Below, in pieces: positions 49,232 through 60,054 of a DNA stretch of 64,000 bases. This DNA is from Bacillota bacterium. GTDB taxonomy: Bacteria > Bacillota > Clostridia > Acetivibrionales > JANLFN01. A model generated the notes under the pieces. The model saw only the letters and a list, made by a program, of their open reading frames with translations, was not told where the DNA came from and made no database searches. The stretch covers positions 6,101 through 70,100 of the forward strand of contig JAUZPR010000002.1 in NCBI GenBank assembly GCA_030705825.1, written 5' to 3'. Both the position numbers and the translations under genes were made by a program. Numbering within the stretch: position 1 is the first letter of the stretch; each line of letters opens with the position of its first letter.

Positions 49232-49255
49232 AAAAAAGTGCGTAAGCACTTTTTT
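49232..49255 (-). terminator. Short bidirectional hairpin after the cheY-like gene
   Basis: AAAAAAGTGC-gtaa-GCACTTTTTT. Confidence 0.55.
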
Positions 49256-49322
49256 GATAAGTGTCATTATACCCAAAGGAAAATGACGTAAAACTTTTAT
49301 TAGCTAATAACGCCTGATTTTA

Positions 49323-49688
49323 TCAGGACATTACATTTTTAACAGCCTCCAGTACCCTGGATTTCTCAAAGGGTTTAACTACAAAATCCCTTGCACCCAG
49401 CTTTATTGCCTCAATAACCATAGACTGCTGTCCCATGGCTGAAACCATTATTATTCTTGTCTTCGGGCTTACTTTAAGAACTTCTTTTACAGCTTTAATG
49501 CCATCCATATCAGGCATTGTTATATCCAAGGTCATAATATCCGGCTGGCATTTTTTTGCTTCATCAATTGCCTCATATCCGTTTGAAGCTTGCCCTAATA
49601 CCGAAAATCCCGCTTCCTCAAGCATTTTTTTTAGAAGGGTACGCATAAAAACTGCATCATCCACAACAACAAAAGAAAATTTGTCCAT
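49323..49688 (-). CDS. Single-domain CheY-like response regulator
   Basis: Receiver motifs (DD..., LDITMPDMDG, KP). Its start overlaps the rsmE stop (TAATG). Confidence 0.88.
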   Translation of the reverse strand: MDKFSFVVVDDAVFMRTLLKKMLEEAGFSVLGQASNGYEAIDEAKKCQPDIMTLDITMPDMDGIKAVKEVLKVSPKTRIIMVSAMGQQSMVIEAIKLGARDFVVKPFEKSRVLEAVKNVMS

Positions 49689-50425
49689 TAGCCTAAATCT
49701 CCCAACTCATACATAAGAATAGATAAAACAACTATACCGGCAGTTTCTGTTCTAAGTATCCTGGGCCCAAGGGTTACCGGTATCACATTCTTATTGACTG
49801 CATCTTCTATCTCTTTATCAGAAAATCCCCCTTCAGGTCCTATAAAAAAGGAAATTTTCCTGCAGTCTGGAATCAGGCTTTTTCTTAAGGGTGTTATATT
49901 TTCTTTCTCGAACGGAATTATATTCAAATCATTTTCCTGAGCTTTCAGTAAAGCTTCTTTAAATATAACAGGTTCATCTATATGGGGTATTATTCCCCTA
50001 TTACATTGTTTGGCAGCTTCAAGTGAAATCTTCTGCCATCTTGAAACTTTCTTATCTATGTCTGGTTTATTTCCAAGCTTGACTACCGTTCTCTCGGTAA
50101 TTACCGGTACTACCCTGTTTACTCCAAGTTCAACGGACTTCTGAATTATAAAATCCATTTTGTCGGACTTTGGAAGACCCTGGAACAGGGTTATACCTAC
50201 AGGCGGCTCGGTTTGGGTTTTCCAAGACTCTATAGGGCAGAGAACTACTGAATTGGCATCGAAATATTCCAAACGTGTTCTGAAATCTTTTCCGGCGCCG
50301 TCACAGATTACCAATTCCTCACCTTTTCTAAGGCGCAGGACATTTTTTATGTGATTAAAGTCCTCACCGGTTATTATGATTTTATCAGTATATATATTTC
50401 CCGGATTTACAAAGAACCTTGGCAT
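49688..50425 (-). CDS. rsmE: 16S rRNA (uracil1498-N3)-methyltransferase
   Basis: MPRFFV N-terminus, a SPOUT C-terminus (GPEGGFS) and prmA-rsmE synteny. Confidence 0.9.
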   Translation of the reverse strand: MPRFFVNPGNIYTDKIIITGEDFNHIKNVLRLRKGEELVICDGAGKDFRTRLEYFDANSVVLCPIESWKTQTEPPVGITLFQGLPKSDKMDFIIQKSVELGVNRVVPVITERTVVKLGNKPDIDKKVSRWQKISLEAAKQCNRGIIPHIDEPVIFKEALLKAQENDLNIIPFEKENITPLRKSLIPDCRKISFFIGPEGGFSDKEIEDAVNKNVIPVTLGPRILRTETAGIVVLSILMYELGDLG

Positions 50426-51351
50426 CTAAATACAATCGCCACCCATTCTCCCATTTCTAGTATTTCCTCGCACTTGAACCCAAGGCTTTGATATTTATCC
50501 AGAACCTCCTGCTTACGTTCTTTGATTATGCCGGAGGTTAAGAATAAACCGTCGGTTTTCAGAAGATTTTTTACCTTTTTGGATATAGTTATTATAACAT
50601 CGGCTATTATATTTGCAACGATTACGTCGGCATTTCCACTTTTCACATCGTCAAGCACACCTGTAAAAGCCTCGATTTTACCACCAGTACCATTAAGTAT
50701 GCTGTTTTCTTTTGTAATTCTTACCGCAACCTCGTCTATATCGAAAGCCAATACATGTTCGGCTCCCAGCTTGATTGCGGCTATGGAAAGTATCCCTGTC
50801 CCGCAGCCTGCATCAATAACTTTCGAACCCCTTTTAAGGTATTTTTCGAGAAGCTGAATGCATAGTCTTGTAGTTTCATGAGTACCAGTTCCAAAAGCCA
50901 TACCGGGATTGATTTCTAAAATTATTTCATTGTCTTTGGCTGAATATTCTTCCCATGAAGGCTTAATAACAACCCTGTCGGTTATATGAACAGGTTTATA
51001 GTATTTTTTCCAGTTATTAGCCCAGTCTTCCTCGTCTACCTGTTCGGCCAAAACCTTTAGGTTTCCGGTATCCAGGTACCTGGATATGACTGATGCCTTT
51101 TCATTAACTAAAGACAATAACTCCCGCGAATTTTCTATTTCTGAAAAATACGCCTTTATAACAACATCATTGCCTAGCGAATTCATAAAATTCTCATCGG
51201 CATAATCAAGTGAATTGGGCTTTGATATCTCTTTGCGTATATCATCGGGGTCTTCAATAGCAACTCCGTTTGCACCTATGGACATAAGCATGTCCGAAAT
51301 AGCATCGCTTGCTTCACCGGTAGTAATAACCTTAATTTCAGTCCACTTCAT
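50407..51351 (-). CDS. prmA: Ribosomal protein L11 methyltransferase
   Basis: MKWTEIKV start, SAM motif DAGCGTGILS. ATG at 51351 follows AAGGGGTG. Confidence 0.92.
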   Translation of the reverse strand: MKWTEIKVITTGEASDAISDMLMSIGANGVAIEDPDDIRKEISKPNSLDYADENFMNSLGNDVVIKAYFSEIENSRELLSLVNEKASVISRYLDTGNLKVLAEQVDEEDWANNWKKYYKPVHITDRVVIKPSWEEYSAKDNEIILEINPGMAFGTGTHETTRLCIQLLEKYLKRGSKVIDAGCGTGILSIAAIKLGAEHVLAFDIDEVAVRITKENSILNGTGGKIEAFTGVLDDVKSGNADVIVANIIADVIITISKKVKNLLKTDGLFLTSGIIKERKQEVLDKYQSLGFKCEEILEMGEWVAIVFRCQGSL

Positions 51352-51373
51352 GATCCTAAGCACCCCTTTTTAT

Positions 51374-51408
51374 AGTGTACAGTTGACAATGGACAGTTGA
51401 CAGTTAAA
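51374..51408 (+). repeat. Phased heptamer array (AGTGTAC AGTTGAC AATGGAC AGTTGAC AGTTAAA)
   Basis: Five contiguous 7-nt units on the plus strand next to the prmA RBS. It is an inverted partner of 51456-51510. Confidence 0.85.
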
Positions 51409-51455
51409 ATAAATATTTTCAAAATATAATTTAATATTTTAAAAAGAGCAACTTA

Positions 51456-51510
51456 AAAAACTGTACATTGTACACTGTAAACTGTACACTCCACTTGTAC
51501 ACTGTACACT
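51456..51510 (-). repeat. Phased heptamer array (AGTGTAC AGTGTAC AAGTGG AGTGTAC AGTTTAC AGTGTAC AATGTAC AGTTTTT)
   Basis: Eight units on the minus strand (one is 6 nt). The array starts 3 nt after the dnaJ stop codon (51514-51516). Confidence 0.85.
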
Positions 51511-51513
51511 TAT

Positions 51514-52665
51514 TTACATTCCCAGTGCATCTTTCATCTTTTCAAAAAAGCTTTTTCGCTGTTCGTACTTGTCATCACCAATTAAATCGGCAAATTCACG
51601 CAGGATGTTTTTTTGTTTTTCATTAAGCTTCTTAGGTACTTCAACATTAACCCTGATGTATTCGTCTCCACGGCCGCTGCCCCTTATAAAAGGAATTCCC
51701 TTCCCTTTCAGTCTGAATACCGATCCTGTTTGAGTGCCTTCCGGTACGGTATATTTTACCCTTCCGTCCAGAGTTGGAACTTCTATTTCAGCACCAAGGG
51801 CTGCTTGAACAAAGGTAATTGGCATTTCACATACTACATCATTGCCCTGACGCTGGAAGAGAGCATGTGGCTTGACCCTTACCGATATATACAGGTCACC
51901 CGCAGGGCCACCCTTCAATCCTGGTTCTCCTTCACCGCGAAGGGAGATTGTTTGCCCGTCATCTATTCCGGCAGGTATATTGACCTTTATTTTTACACTC
52001 TTTCTAACCCTGCCTTTGCCGCCGCAGGTAGCGCAGGGATCGCTTATAACTTTACCCTCTCCTCTGCAGACATCACACGTTTTAACATTTACAAACTGCC
52101 CGAAAGGTGTGCTTTGTTTTACCTGAACCTGCCCGGTTCCATTACAGTGCCTGCATACCGTAGGTTCAGTACCATTCTTTGACCCCGAACCTTTGCAGGT
52201 CGGACAATTTTCCAATCTGCTTATATTGATGTCTCTTTGTATTCCAAAAGCGGCTTCATCAAAAGCTATCTCAACTGCATATTTTAAATCGGCGCCTTTT
52301 TGAGGACCTCGTTTATTTTTTGACGATCGTCCAAATCCTGTTCCTCCGAAGAAAGACTCGAAAATATCACCGATACCGCCAAAGTCAAATCCTTCGAAAC
52401 CGCCGCCAAATCCGCCTCCGCCGAAACCACTGTTTGGGTCTGTTCCGGCATGCCCGAATTGGTCATATCTTGATTTCTTCTGAGGATCGCTGAGTATCTC
52501 ATATGCTTCGTTTATTTCTTTAAACTTAGCTTCCGCAGACTTATCTCCGGGATTGACATCAGGGTGATATTGTTTAGCCAGTTTTCTATATGCTTTTTTT
52601 ATATCTGTATCTGTTGCATTTCTATCAATACCTAAAACCTCATAATAATCTCTCTTATCCGCCAC
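51514..52665 (-). CDS. dnaJ: Molecular chaperone DnaJ
   Basis: J-domain (YHPD), G/F region and four CxxCxGxG zinc motifs. Confidence 0.97.
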   Translation of the reverse strand: MADKRDYYEVLGIDRNATDTDIKKAYRKLAKQYHPDVNPGDKSAEAKFKEINEAYEILSDPQKKSRYDQFGHAGTDPNSGFGGGGFGGGFEGFDFGGIGDIFESFFGGTGFGRSSKNKRGPQKGADLKYAVEIAFDEAAFGIQRDINISRLENCPTCKGSGSKNGTEPTVCRHCNGTGQVQVKQSTPFGQFVNVKTCDVCRGEGKVISDPCATCGGKGRVRKSVKIKVNIPAGIDDGQTISLRGEGEPGLKGGPAGDLYISVRVKPHALFQRQGNDVVCEMPITFVQAALGAEIEVPTLDGRVKYTVPEGTQTGSVFRLKGKGIPFIRGSGRGDEYIRVNVEVPKKLNEKQKNILREFADLIGDDKYEQRKSFFEKMKDALGM

Positions 52666-52898
52666 TGTATCAACCTCATTTCTAAAAAGATGAAGAAATC
52701 ATTGATTTCCGGGTCTGGTGATTAATGCATATGAATTTCTCTCATCTTAAAGCTTAAAAGCAATTCTATTAATATAACCGTAATTTAACATATGAAATGT
52801 ATATTAAAAGTTATACACTAAATAAATCTATAATAGTCAAAGCCATACCCGGCTTTGACTATCATACGATAAATACTTTTATTGTTCAACCCTTTTTT

Positions 52899-54767
52899 CT
52901 ATTTCTTGTCATCATCCACAACTTTATAGTCAGCATCATATACATTATCTCCACCTGGCTGACTTCCATCCGACGGACCACCCTGGTTGAATCCTGCACC
53001 CTGATTTGGATTCGGACCTGCCCCCTGTGCACCGGGATTCTGTTGATAAATCTTTGAAGAAATATCATAGAATGCTTGTGTCAAACCTTCTGTGGCTTTC
53101 TTGATAGCTTCGATATCAGTCCCCTTGAGTGCTTCCTTAACCTTGTTTATTTCAGCTTCCACCTTGGATTTATCGTCGGATGAGAGTTTATCCCCCAAAT
53201 CCTTCAAGGTCTTTTCCGATTGATATACCATGGAATCAGCATTATTTCTAACTTCAACTTCCTCTTTGCGCTTTTTGTCCTCAGCAGCAAATTTTTCAGC
53301 TTCTTTAACAGCTTTATCTATATCGGAATCGGAAAGGTTACTTGAAGCTGTAATTGTTACCTTCTGCTCGTTTCCTGTACCAAGATCCTTGGCAGATACA
53401 TGTGCAATACCGTTAGCATCAATATCAAATGTAACTTCAATCTGCGGAACTCCCCTTGGTGCCGGCGGTATTCCCGAAAGCTGGAATCTTCCAAGTGTTT
53501 TGTTGTATGCAGCCATTTCCCTTTCGCCCTGGAGTACATGAACTTCAACGCTTGTTTGCCCGTCTGCGGCAGTTGAGAATATCTGGCTCTTTTTAGTAGG
53601 TATTGTAGTATTTCTATCAATCAATTTTGTAAATATTCCGCCGTATGTTTCAATACCGAGTGACAAAGGAGTTACATCCAGAAGGAGCAAATCCTTGACC
53701 TCACCGGTAAGAACGCCTGCCTGTATTGCAGCACCAATAGCTACACATTCGTCAGGGTTTATTCCTTTAAAAGGCTCTTTATTAAGATACTTTCTGACTG
53801 CTTCCTGAACTGCAGGAATTCTTGTTGATCCACCAACCAGCAGGATTTTGTCTATTTTGTCAGGACTTAGTCCGGCATCCTGCATTGCCTGTCTTGTCGG
53901 ACCCATTGTTTTTTCTACCATGTCTGAAGTCAATTCATCAAACTTAGCTCTGGTAAGAGTCATATCCAGATGTTTTGGTCCCGATGCATCGGCAGTTATA
54001 AAAGGAAGATTGACATTTGTAGAAGCGACTGTTGAAAGCTCTATTTTTGCTTTTTCAGCAGCTTCTTTAAGTCTTTGCAATGCCATCTTGTCATTTCTCA
54101 AATCTATTCCATTTTCTCTCTTGAAGGTTTCTGCCAGATAATCCATTACCCTCTGGTCGAAATCATCTCCGCCCAGTCTGTTGTTTCCGTGTGTTGCAAG
54201 AACTTCAAAAACACCGTCTCCTATTTCAAGGATAGATACATCGAAGGTGCCTCCGCCAAGGTCGAATACCATGATTTTCTGGTCATGTTCCTTGTCAAGG
54301 CCATATGCAAGTGCTGCAGCTGTTGGTTCGTTTATTATTCTCATAACCTCAAGACCTGCTATCTTACCTGCATCTTTGGTTGCCTGCCTCTGAGCGTCGC
54401 TGAAATAAGCAGGAACAGTTATAACTGCCTGGGAAATGCTTTCTCCAAGGAAGGCTTCGGCATCAGCTTTTAACTTCTGAAGAACCATTGCTGAAATCTC
54501 CTGAGGAGTATATTTTTTATCATCAATGGCAACCTTCCTGTCACTGCCCATATCTCTCTTTATTGATATAATTGTTCTTTCAGGATTGGTTATTGCCTGT
54601 CTTTTTGCAACCTGACCAACAAGCCTCTCACCAGTTTTTGAGAAAGCTACTACTGAAGGAGTTGTCCTGTTTCCTTCCTGATTTGCTATTACTACAGGCT
54701 CGCCGCCTTCCATAACAGCTACACATGAATTTGTTGTACCCAAATCTATACCTATTACTTTTGCCAT
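52899..54767 (-). CDS. dnaK: Molecular chaperone DnaK (Hsp70)
   Basis: [17 protein letters not shown] and full-length Hsp70 similarity. Confidence 0.98.
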   Translation of the reverse strand: MAKVIGIDLGTTNSCVAVMEGGEPVVIANQEGNRTTPSVVAFSKTGERLVGQVAKRQAITNPERTIISIKRDMGSDRKVAIDDKKYTPQEISAMVLQKLKADAEAFLGESISQAVITVPAYFSDAQRQATKDAGKIAGLEVMRIINEPTAAALAYGLDKEHDQKIMVFDLGGGTFDVSILEIGDGVFEVLATHGNNRLGGDDFDQRVMDYLAETFKRENGIDLRNDKMALQRLKEAAEKAKIELSTVASTNVNLPFITADASGPKHLDMTLTRAKFDELTSDMVEKTMGPTRQAMQDAGLSPDKIDKILLVGGSTRIPAVQEAVRKYLNKEPFKGINPDECVAIGAAIQAGVLTGEVKDLLLLDVTPLSLGIETYGGIFTKLIDRNTTIPTKKSQIFSTAADGQTSVEVHVLQGEREMAAYNKTLGRFQLSGIPPAPRGVPQIEVTFDIDANGIAHVSAKDLGTGNEQKVTITASSNLSDSDIDKAVKEAEKFAAEDKKRKEEVEVRNNADSMVYQSEKTLKDLGDKLSSDDKSKVEAEINKVKEALKGTDIEAIKKATEGLTQAFYDISSKIYQQNPGAQGAGPNPNQGAGFNQGGPSDGSQPGGDNVYDADYKVVDDDKK

Positions 54768-54858
54768 CGTAATCCCTCTTTCATTAAATAATTGATTATT
54801 TATATAAAACTACTAATTCTTATTCTTCATGTACACAATTATGTAATTTCCGAATACA

Positions 54859-55470
54859 TTAATTTGCTACCTTGACCATACTATGCCTGATTACCTTTTC
54901 CTCCAGCATGTAGCCTTTTTGAAATTCCTCAACAACCTCATTACTGCCATGTGCTTCATCTTCCATATGCATTACGGCATTGTGTACTTGAGGATCAAAC
55001 TGCTCTCCTACACTTTTTATTGCTTCCACGCCCAGCTTTTTCAATACATCGCCAAGCTGTCTGAAAACAAGCTCAAACCCCTCATTTATTGACTTTTCAT
55101 CATCTCCCTTTTCATTACATGCCTTAACCGCTCTTTCCATGTTATCTACTACCGGCAGAAAGGCTAGTACAGTATCACTTACTGCTTCAGAATACAAAGA
55201 CTCCTTTTCCTTTGATGTGCGTTTTTTATAATTATCAAATTCAGCTGCACTGCGCTGAAGCATATTCAAATATTCATCACATTTTTTGGATTTTTCATCC
55301 AACTGGAGAGTCAACTCTTTTAGTTGATTTTCAAGTTCATTATTACCGTTTTCGCTTTCTTCGGTAACCGGTTGTGAATCTTCGCAGTCATTTGAAACAG
55401 TATTTTCATCACTGTTGTCCATATTGTCCAATTCATCTGAACTGTTTGATTTGCTCCTGTTTTTTAACAT
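54859..55470 (-). CDS. grpE: Nucleotide exchange factor GrpE
   Basis: Acidic N-terminus, coiled coil, and a GrpE C-terminal domain (FDPQVHNAV). Operon position supports the call. Confidence 0.92.
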   Translation of the reverse strand: MLKNRSKSNSSDELDNMDNSDENTVSNDCEDSQPVTEESENGNNELENQLKELTLQLDEKSKKCDEYLNMLQRSAAEFDNYKKRTSKEKESLYSEAVSDTVLAFLPVVDNMERAVKACNEKGDDEKSINEGFELVFRQLGDVLKKLGVEAIKSVGEQFDPQVHNAVMHMEDEAHGSNEVVEEFQKGYMLEEKVIRHSMVKVAN

Positions 55471-55513
55471 TATCTTCCCATTTACCTCCTGTTAAATAAT
55501 AAGTATCGGAATT

Positions 55514-56569
55514 TTAACTTCCGTCTATATTCTTACCCATCAGTTTGTTAATCTCATAATTGATTTTCTTTCTTATGTGATTCATTGAGGAAACAACCTT
55601 GGGATACTCCATTCTTGTGGGGCCGATTACGCCAAACGATCCTATAATCCTGTTATTAACGCTGTAACTTGCCGTAACCAGACTGCAATCCCTGATCTCT
55701 TCAAATGGATTTTCGGTACCAATTTTTATGTCCACCTCAATATTTTCATTCTTATTACTTAGGAGATCACGGAGTACCTCCTTTTCGTCCAACACATTAA
55801 GGAATCCCTTTGCCTTCATTACATCCCTGAACTCCGGATAATTAAATATGTTGGTCGTGCCGTCAAGATAAATTTCAGGATTGTCGATTTGGTTAATACA
55901 TTCCGCCACACCTTCCAGAATAGGTTTAAGGAATTCACCCGACAAACCTATTTCAACTTCCAATTCCTTTAACTGAGAGTAATTAATCTGTTCCAGTGTA
56001 AACCCGCTCAGTTTTTCATTTAATATATTTGAAACTTTTATCAGAAAATCAGGCAGCAGTTTATCCGATATATTGACCAGACAGTTCCTTACCACACCGG
56101 TATTGGTTACAACTATTACAAGTGCCTTGCCCGGTTCAATGGGTACAACCTGAGTGGCTTTTATAATACTTTTCCTCATTTGAGGTGTGATAGCCATTGA
56201 AGTATACTTTGTAATTCTGGACATTATAACCGAAGCCTGTCTTATAAGCTGGCTCAATTCATTTATTTTTATTTCCATTGCTTCCCGGATAGTTTCTATC
56301 TCATCATCCGAAAGGTTTATGGGCATCATCAACTGGTCTACATACAACCTGTAACCCTTATCTGAGGGTATACGTCCTGCAGATGTATGCGGCTGAGCCA
56401 GAAATCCCATTTCTTCAAGATCAGCCATTTCGTTTCTTATTGTAGCTGAACTTAAGCCAAGTTCATGCTTTCTGGCAATTGTTCTTGAGCCTATAGGCTC
56501 AGCAGTTTCGATGTAATCGTCGATAATTGCCCGGAGTATACTCCTTTTCCTATCATCCAAGAACATCAT
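55514..56569 (-). CDS. hrcA: Heat-inducible transcription repressor HrcA
   Basis: LDDRKRSILRAIIDDYIETAEPIGSRTI N-terminus. ATG at 56569 follows AAAGGGG. The track start at 56590 falls inside the CIRCE element. Confidence 0.93.
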   Translation of the reverse strand: MMFLDDRKRSILRAIIDDYIETAEPIGSRTIARKHELGLSSATIRNEMADLEEMGFLAQPHTSAGRIPSDKGYRLYVDQLMMPINLSDDEIETIREAMEIKINELSQLIRQASVIMSRITKYTSMAITPQMRKSIIKATQVVPIEPGKALVIVVTNTGVVRNCLVNISDKLLPDFLIKVSNILNEKLSGFTLEQINYSQLKELEVEIGLSGEFLKPILEGVAECINQIDNPEIYLDGTTNIFNYPEFRDVMKAKGFLNVLDEKEVLRDLLSNKNENIEVDIKIGTENPFEEIRDCSLVTASYSVNNRIIGSFGVIGPTRMEYPKVVSSMNHIRKKINYEINKLMGKNIDGS

Positions 56570-56583
56570 CTGCACCCCTTTTG

Positions 56584-56610
56584 TTAGCACTCAAGCTCGT
56601 CGAGTGCTAA
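56584..56610. promoter_or_regulatory. CIRCE operator (HrcA binding site)
   Basis: Perfect TTAGCACTC-N9-GAGTGCTAA. Confidence 0.95.
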
Positions 56611-56620
56611 ATATATTTTA

Positions 56621-56649
56621 AAAATACCACTGGTAAATTTTTTTGTCAA
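56621..56649 (-). promoter_or_regulatory. SigA-type promoter of the hrcA-grpE-dnaK-dnaJ operon
   Basis: Minus strand reads TTGACA (56644-56649), 17 nt, TATTTT (56621-56626). It sits immediately upstream of CIRCE. Confidence 0.65.
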
Positions 56650-56809
56650 GAGTTTTAGATAAGATGAAAAAAAATATTTAGTACATATTTAATATCCCAA
56701 ACACCGGGTATAATATGAAGTTAACTATAATTCCCCATCCCATAATTCATATTGTAAAAACGCTTAATATATAGATATTATTTGTAAGGAGAAAATAATT
56801 ATTCCGGGT

Positions 56810-57946
56810 TCATATAAACTCGATAAATACCTGGTTTGCAAGATCCAACCCCAACTTTGTCAGTTTTACCATGCCATTTTCCTGTTCAATAAAACCTTTT
56901 CCCTTAAGTTTATAAATTTCTTTACCGTAGACTTCATTCAGCTCCTTTTTAAAGCGGCTTTTAAAGTCCAGCTCATTTATTCCGTCCACAAGTCTCAAAC
57001 CAAGTATCATATATTCAGACATTGCTTCATCAAAACCAATGTCATCTTTTTCGACTATTGGTATGACATTTTCATTCAAACGTGTTATATATTGTTTTAT
57101 ACCGTATTCGTTATTATATCTTGATCCATTAAAATACGAATGGGCACCGGCACCAATTCCAATATATTCTTCAGCGTTCCAGTAAACTAAATTGTGTATA
57201 CACTCATAACCTGTTCTGGCGAAATTTGAGATTTCATAATGCTTATAGCCATTATTACTTAGAAAATCTATTGCCGTCCAGTACATTTCCCGGTCAAGCT
57301 CATCCTCCACCGGCACTAATGTACCTGCTTCCAGTTCTTTACCAAAAGGTGTGCCCTCTTCAATCTTAAGACTGTAGCAAGATAAATGGGAAGGATTATA
57401 TTCTATTACCGAAGCCAGCGTCTCCTTCCAGTCCTCAAGGGTTTGACCCGGAATTCCGAAAATCAGATCCACATTAATATTTTCAAATCCGGATTTCCTG
57501 GCCAGTAAAAAGTTTTTGGAAAAATCTTCGGAGGAATGAATCCTTCCAAGATATTTAAGGAGATCATTCTGCCATGCCTGTAATCCTATACTAAGCCTGT
57601 TCATACCTGCGGACCTGTATGCTTCAAGTTTGTCATACGTTAGGGTGCCAGGATTGGTTTCTATTGTGATTTCAATATCCGGCTTAATTCTGAAGTACTG
57701 CCTGCTTTTATCCAATAAAGACCGGACATATTTTGAATCGACATAAGAAGGTGTTCCGCCGCCGATGAAAACCGATTTTATGGAATAATCCTTAATACAG
57801 TCTGAATACAGCTGTATTTCTTTTTCTACAGCTTTAAAGTATTCAGGTATAAGCTTATCAGCCGCTGCAAACGAGTTAAAATCGCAGTAGTTGCACTTTT
57901 TCATACAAAACGGAACATGAATATATAAACCCAGTTCTTTAGTCAT
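56810..57946 (-). CDS. hemW: Radical SAM heme chaperone HemW (HemN-like)
   Basis: CMKKCNYCDF (CxxxCxxC) motif and lepA-hemN-hrcA synteny. Confidence 0.9.
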   Translation of the reverse strand: MTKELGLYIHVPFCMKKCNYCDFNSFAAADKLIPEYFKAVEKEIQLYSDCIKDYSIKSVFIGGGTPSYVDSKYVRSLLDKSRQYFRIKPDIEITIETNPGTLTYDKLEAYRSAGMNRLSIGLQAWQNDLLKYLGRIHSSEDFSKNFLLARKSGFENINVDLIFGIPGQTLEDWKETLASVIEYNPSHLSCYSLKIEEGTPFGKELEAGTLVPVEDELDREMYWTAIDFLSNNGYKHYEISNFARTGYECIHNLVYWNAEEYIGIGAGAHSYFNGSRYNNEYGIKQYITRLNENVIPIVEKDDIGFDEAMSEYMILGLRLVDGINELDFKSRFKKELNEVYGKEIYKLKGKGFIEQENGMVKLTKLGLDLANQVFIEFI

Positions 57947-57959
57947 AGCACCTCAACCT

Positions 57960-57973
57960 AATTGACAATTGAA
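57960..57973 (+). repeat. Short heptamer array (AATTGAC AATTGAA)
   Basis: Two units next to the hemW RBS. TTGACAATTGA (57962-57972) is perfectly complementary to TCAATTGTCAA (57998-58008). Confidence 0.7.
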
Positions 57974-57982
57974 TCTTGTCCT

Positions 57983-58017
57983 TTTAACTGTCCTATGTCA
58001 ATTGTCAACTTTCAACT
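57983..58017 (-). repeat. Phased heptamer array (AGTTGAA AGTTGAC AATTGAC ATAGGAC AGTTAAA)
   Basis: Five contiguous units on the minus strand, starting 3 nt after the lepA stop codon (58021-58023). Very similar to the plus-strand array at 51374-51408. Confidence 0.85.
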
Positions 58018-58020
58018 GAT

Positions 58021-59832
58021 TTAACTGTCCAGCTTCAATACGCTCATAAATGCTTCCTGCGGGACCTCTACACTTCCAACCTGACGCATACGCTTCTTTC
58101 CTTCCTTCTGCTTTTCAAGAAGCTTCTTTTTACGTGTGATATCACCGCCGTAACACTTTGCCAACACGTCTTTTCTATAAGCCTTTACAGTTTCACGGGC
58201 TATTATTTTTCCCCCTATGATAGCCTGAATGGGTATTTCAAACTGCTGCCTCGGTATGGAATCCTTAAGCTTTTCCGCAATTCTTCTTCCGCGGCTGTAT
58301 GCCTTTTCCTTATGAACTATGAAGGAAAGCGCATCCACAATCTCTGTATTCAGAAAAATGTCCAGCTTGACCAGGTCGGATTCCTTATATCCCATTAATT
58401 CATAATCCAGAGAGGCATATCCCTTTGTCCTGGATTTTAAAGTATCAAAGAAATCATATATTATCTCATTAAGAGGAATTTCATAGGTCAACATAACTCT
58501 TTCTTCGTCTATATAGGACATATCCTTGTATGTTCCGCGTCTCTCCTGTGAAAGGTCCATTATATTTCCTACAAATTCAGAAGGAGTCATTATTGTTGCT
58601 TTAACAATGGGTTCTTCCATTTTTTCAATTTCAGTCGGCGGAGGGAAATTTGTCGGGTTGTCAATTAAAGAAACTTCTCCGTTTGTCTTTGTTACTCTGT
58701 ATATAACGCTTGGAGCTGTAGTTACCAAATCCAGATTATATTCCCTCTCTAGCCTTTCTTGAATTATATCCATATGAAGAAGACCCAAAAAACCGCATCT
58801 GAAACCAAAACCCAGAGCTACCGAAGATTCGGGTTCAAACATTAGTGAAGCATCGTTTAACTGCAGTTTTTCAAGTGCATCCCGCAAATCACCGTATTTA
58901 GCACCATCTGCAGGATATATTCCGCAAAAGACCATGGAGGTAACCTTTTTATAACCAGGCAGCGGATCCTTAGCCGGATAATCCGCAAGAGTTACAGTAT
59001 CTCCAACTCTTGTATCCCCTACATTTTTAATACTGGCAGCAATATAACCTACTTCTCCGGATAAAAGCTTTCCTGTAGGAATAAATCCGCCAGGCTTAAA
59101 GTAGCCGGCTTCGGTAACAAGAAACTCTTTACCGGTATTCATCATCCTTATGGTATCCCCAACAGCCACCTTGCCTTCCTTGACTCTTACATGAACAATA
59201 ACTCCTTTATAGCTGTCATAATAGGAGTCAAAAATCAGTGCTTTAAGAGGCAGGTTCTCATCACCTGCTGGTGGCGGTATGAAATCAACTATCTTTTCAA
59301 GCACTTCTTCTATATTTATACCGTTTTTGGCAGAAATCAAAGGTGCATTACTTGCTTCAAGCCCGATTACATCTTCTATTTCTTTTTTTACATGTTCAGG
59401 CTGTGCACTTGGCAGATCAATCTTGTTGATAACCGGAAGTATTTCAAGATCATGTTCCAGGGCAAGATATACGTTTGCAAGGGTTTGGGCTTCTATACCC
59501 TGTGCTGCATCAACTACCAGTATTGCACCTTCACAGGCAGCCAGACTTCTGGAGACTTCATAATTGAAATCCACATGACCTGGAGTATCAATAATATTGT
59601 ATATATATTCCTGTCCATCCGATGCCTTGTAAACCATCCTTACAGATTGGGCTTTTATAGTAATTCCCCGTTCGCGCTCAATATCCATATTATCCAGGAC
59701 CTGTTCCTGCATCTCCCTTTCGGTAAGAACACCCGTCTTCTCAATCAGCCTGTCAGCCAGAGTAGACTTTCCATGATCTATATGTGCAATTATACAGAAA
59801 TTTCTGATATACTTTTGCCTTTCATCAGACAT
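58021..59832 (-). CDS. lepA: Elongation factor 4 (LepA)
   Basis: [21 protein letters not shown]1 motif and the LepA-specific C-terminus. ATG at 59832 is 7 nt after GGAGGA. Confidence 0.97.
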   Translation of the reverse strand: MSDERQKYIRNFCIIAHIDHGKSTLADRLIEKTGVLTEREMQEQVLDNMDIERERGITIKAQSVRMVYKASDGQEYIYNIIDTPGHVDFNYEVSRSLAACEGAILVVDAAQGIEAQTLANVYLALEHDLEILPVINKIDLPSAQPEHVKKEIEDVIGLEASNAPLISAKNGINIEEVLEKIVDFIPPPAGDENLPLKALIFDSYYDSYKGVIVHVRVKEGKVAVGDTIRMMNTGKEFLVTEAGYFKPGGFIPTGKLLSGEVGYIAASIKNVGDTRVGDTVTLADYPAKDPLPGYKKVTSMVFCGIYPADGAKYGDLRDALEKLQLNDASLMFEPESSVALGFGFRCGFLGLLHMDIIQERLEREYNLDLVTTAPSVIYRVTKTNGEVSLIDNPTNFPPPTEIEKMEEPIVKATIMTPSEFVGNIMDLSQERRGTYKDMSYIDEERVMLTYEIPLNEIIYDFFDTLKSRTKGYASLDYELMGYKESDLVKLDIFLNTEIVDALSFIVHKEKAYSRGRRIAEKLKDSIPRQQFEIPIQAIIGGKIIARETVKAYRKDVLAKCYGGDITRKKKLLEKQKEGKKRMRQVGSVEVPQEAFMSVLKLDS

Positions 59833-59908
59833 CCGCGCATCCTCCAAAATCAACCTTTAATCGTCTAAAATTATAAATTTTTTTAGTAAAATATTTACTT
59901 AGCATATT

Positions 59909-59937
59909 ATTATAACATACCCCGCTTAAGCTGCAAA
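59909..59937 (-). promoter_or_regulatory. Candidate promoter of lepA (extended -10)
   Basis: Minus strand reads TTTGCA/TTGCAG, 16-17 nt, TGtTATAAT. Confidence 0.5.
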
Positions 59938-60054
59938 GGGTTATAATTATTAGGGGACATTCCTTAACTTTTGATTATTTTTTATCAAGTTATTCTGGTT
60001 AATATTAATCGTAAATGGTTAATTTATTTATTTTAATTTTGATTAATATATATG

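Noticed and set aside
51374-51408. TTGACA hexamers within the heptamer arrays acting as -35 boxes of antisense or internal promoters
   Set aside because: The nearest TATAAT-like hexamers are 22 or more nt away (or 16 nt to a poor TAAAAG at 58.0 kb). No properly spaced promoter can be supported, so this is only noted as a possibility in the findings.
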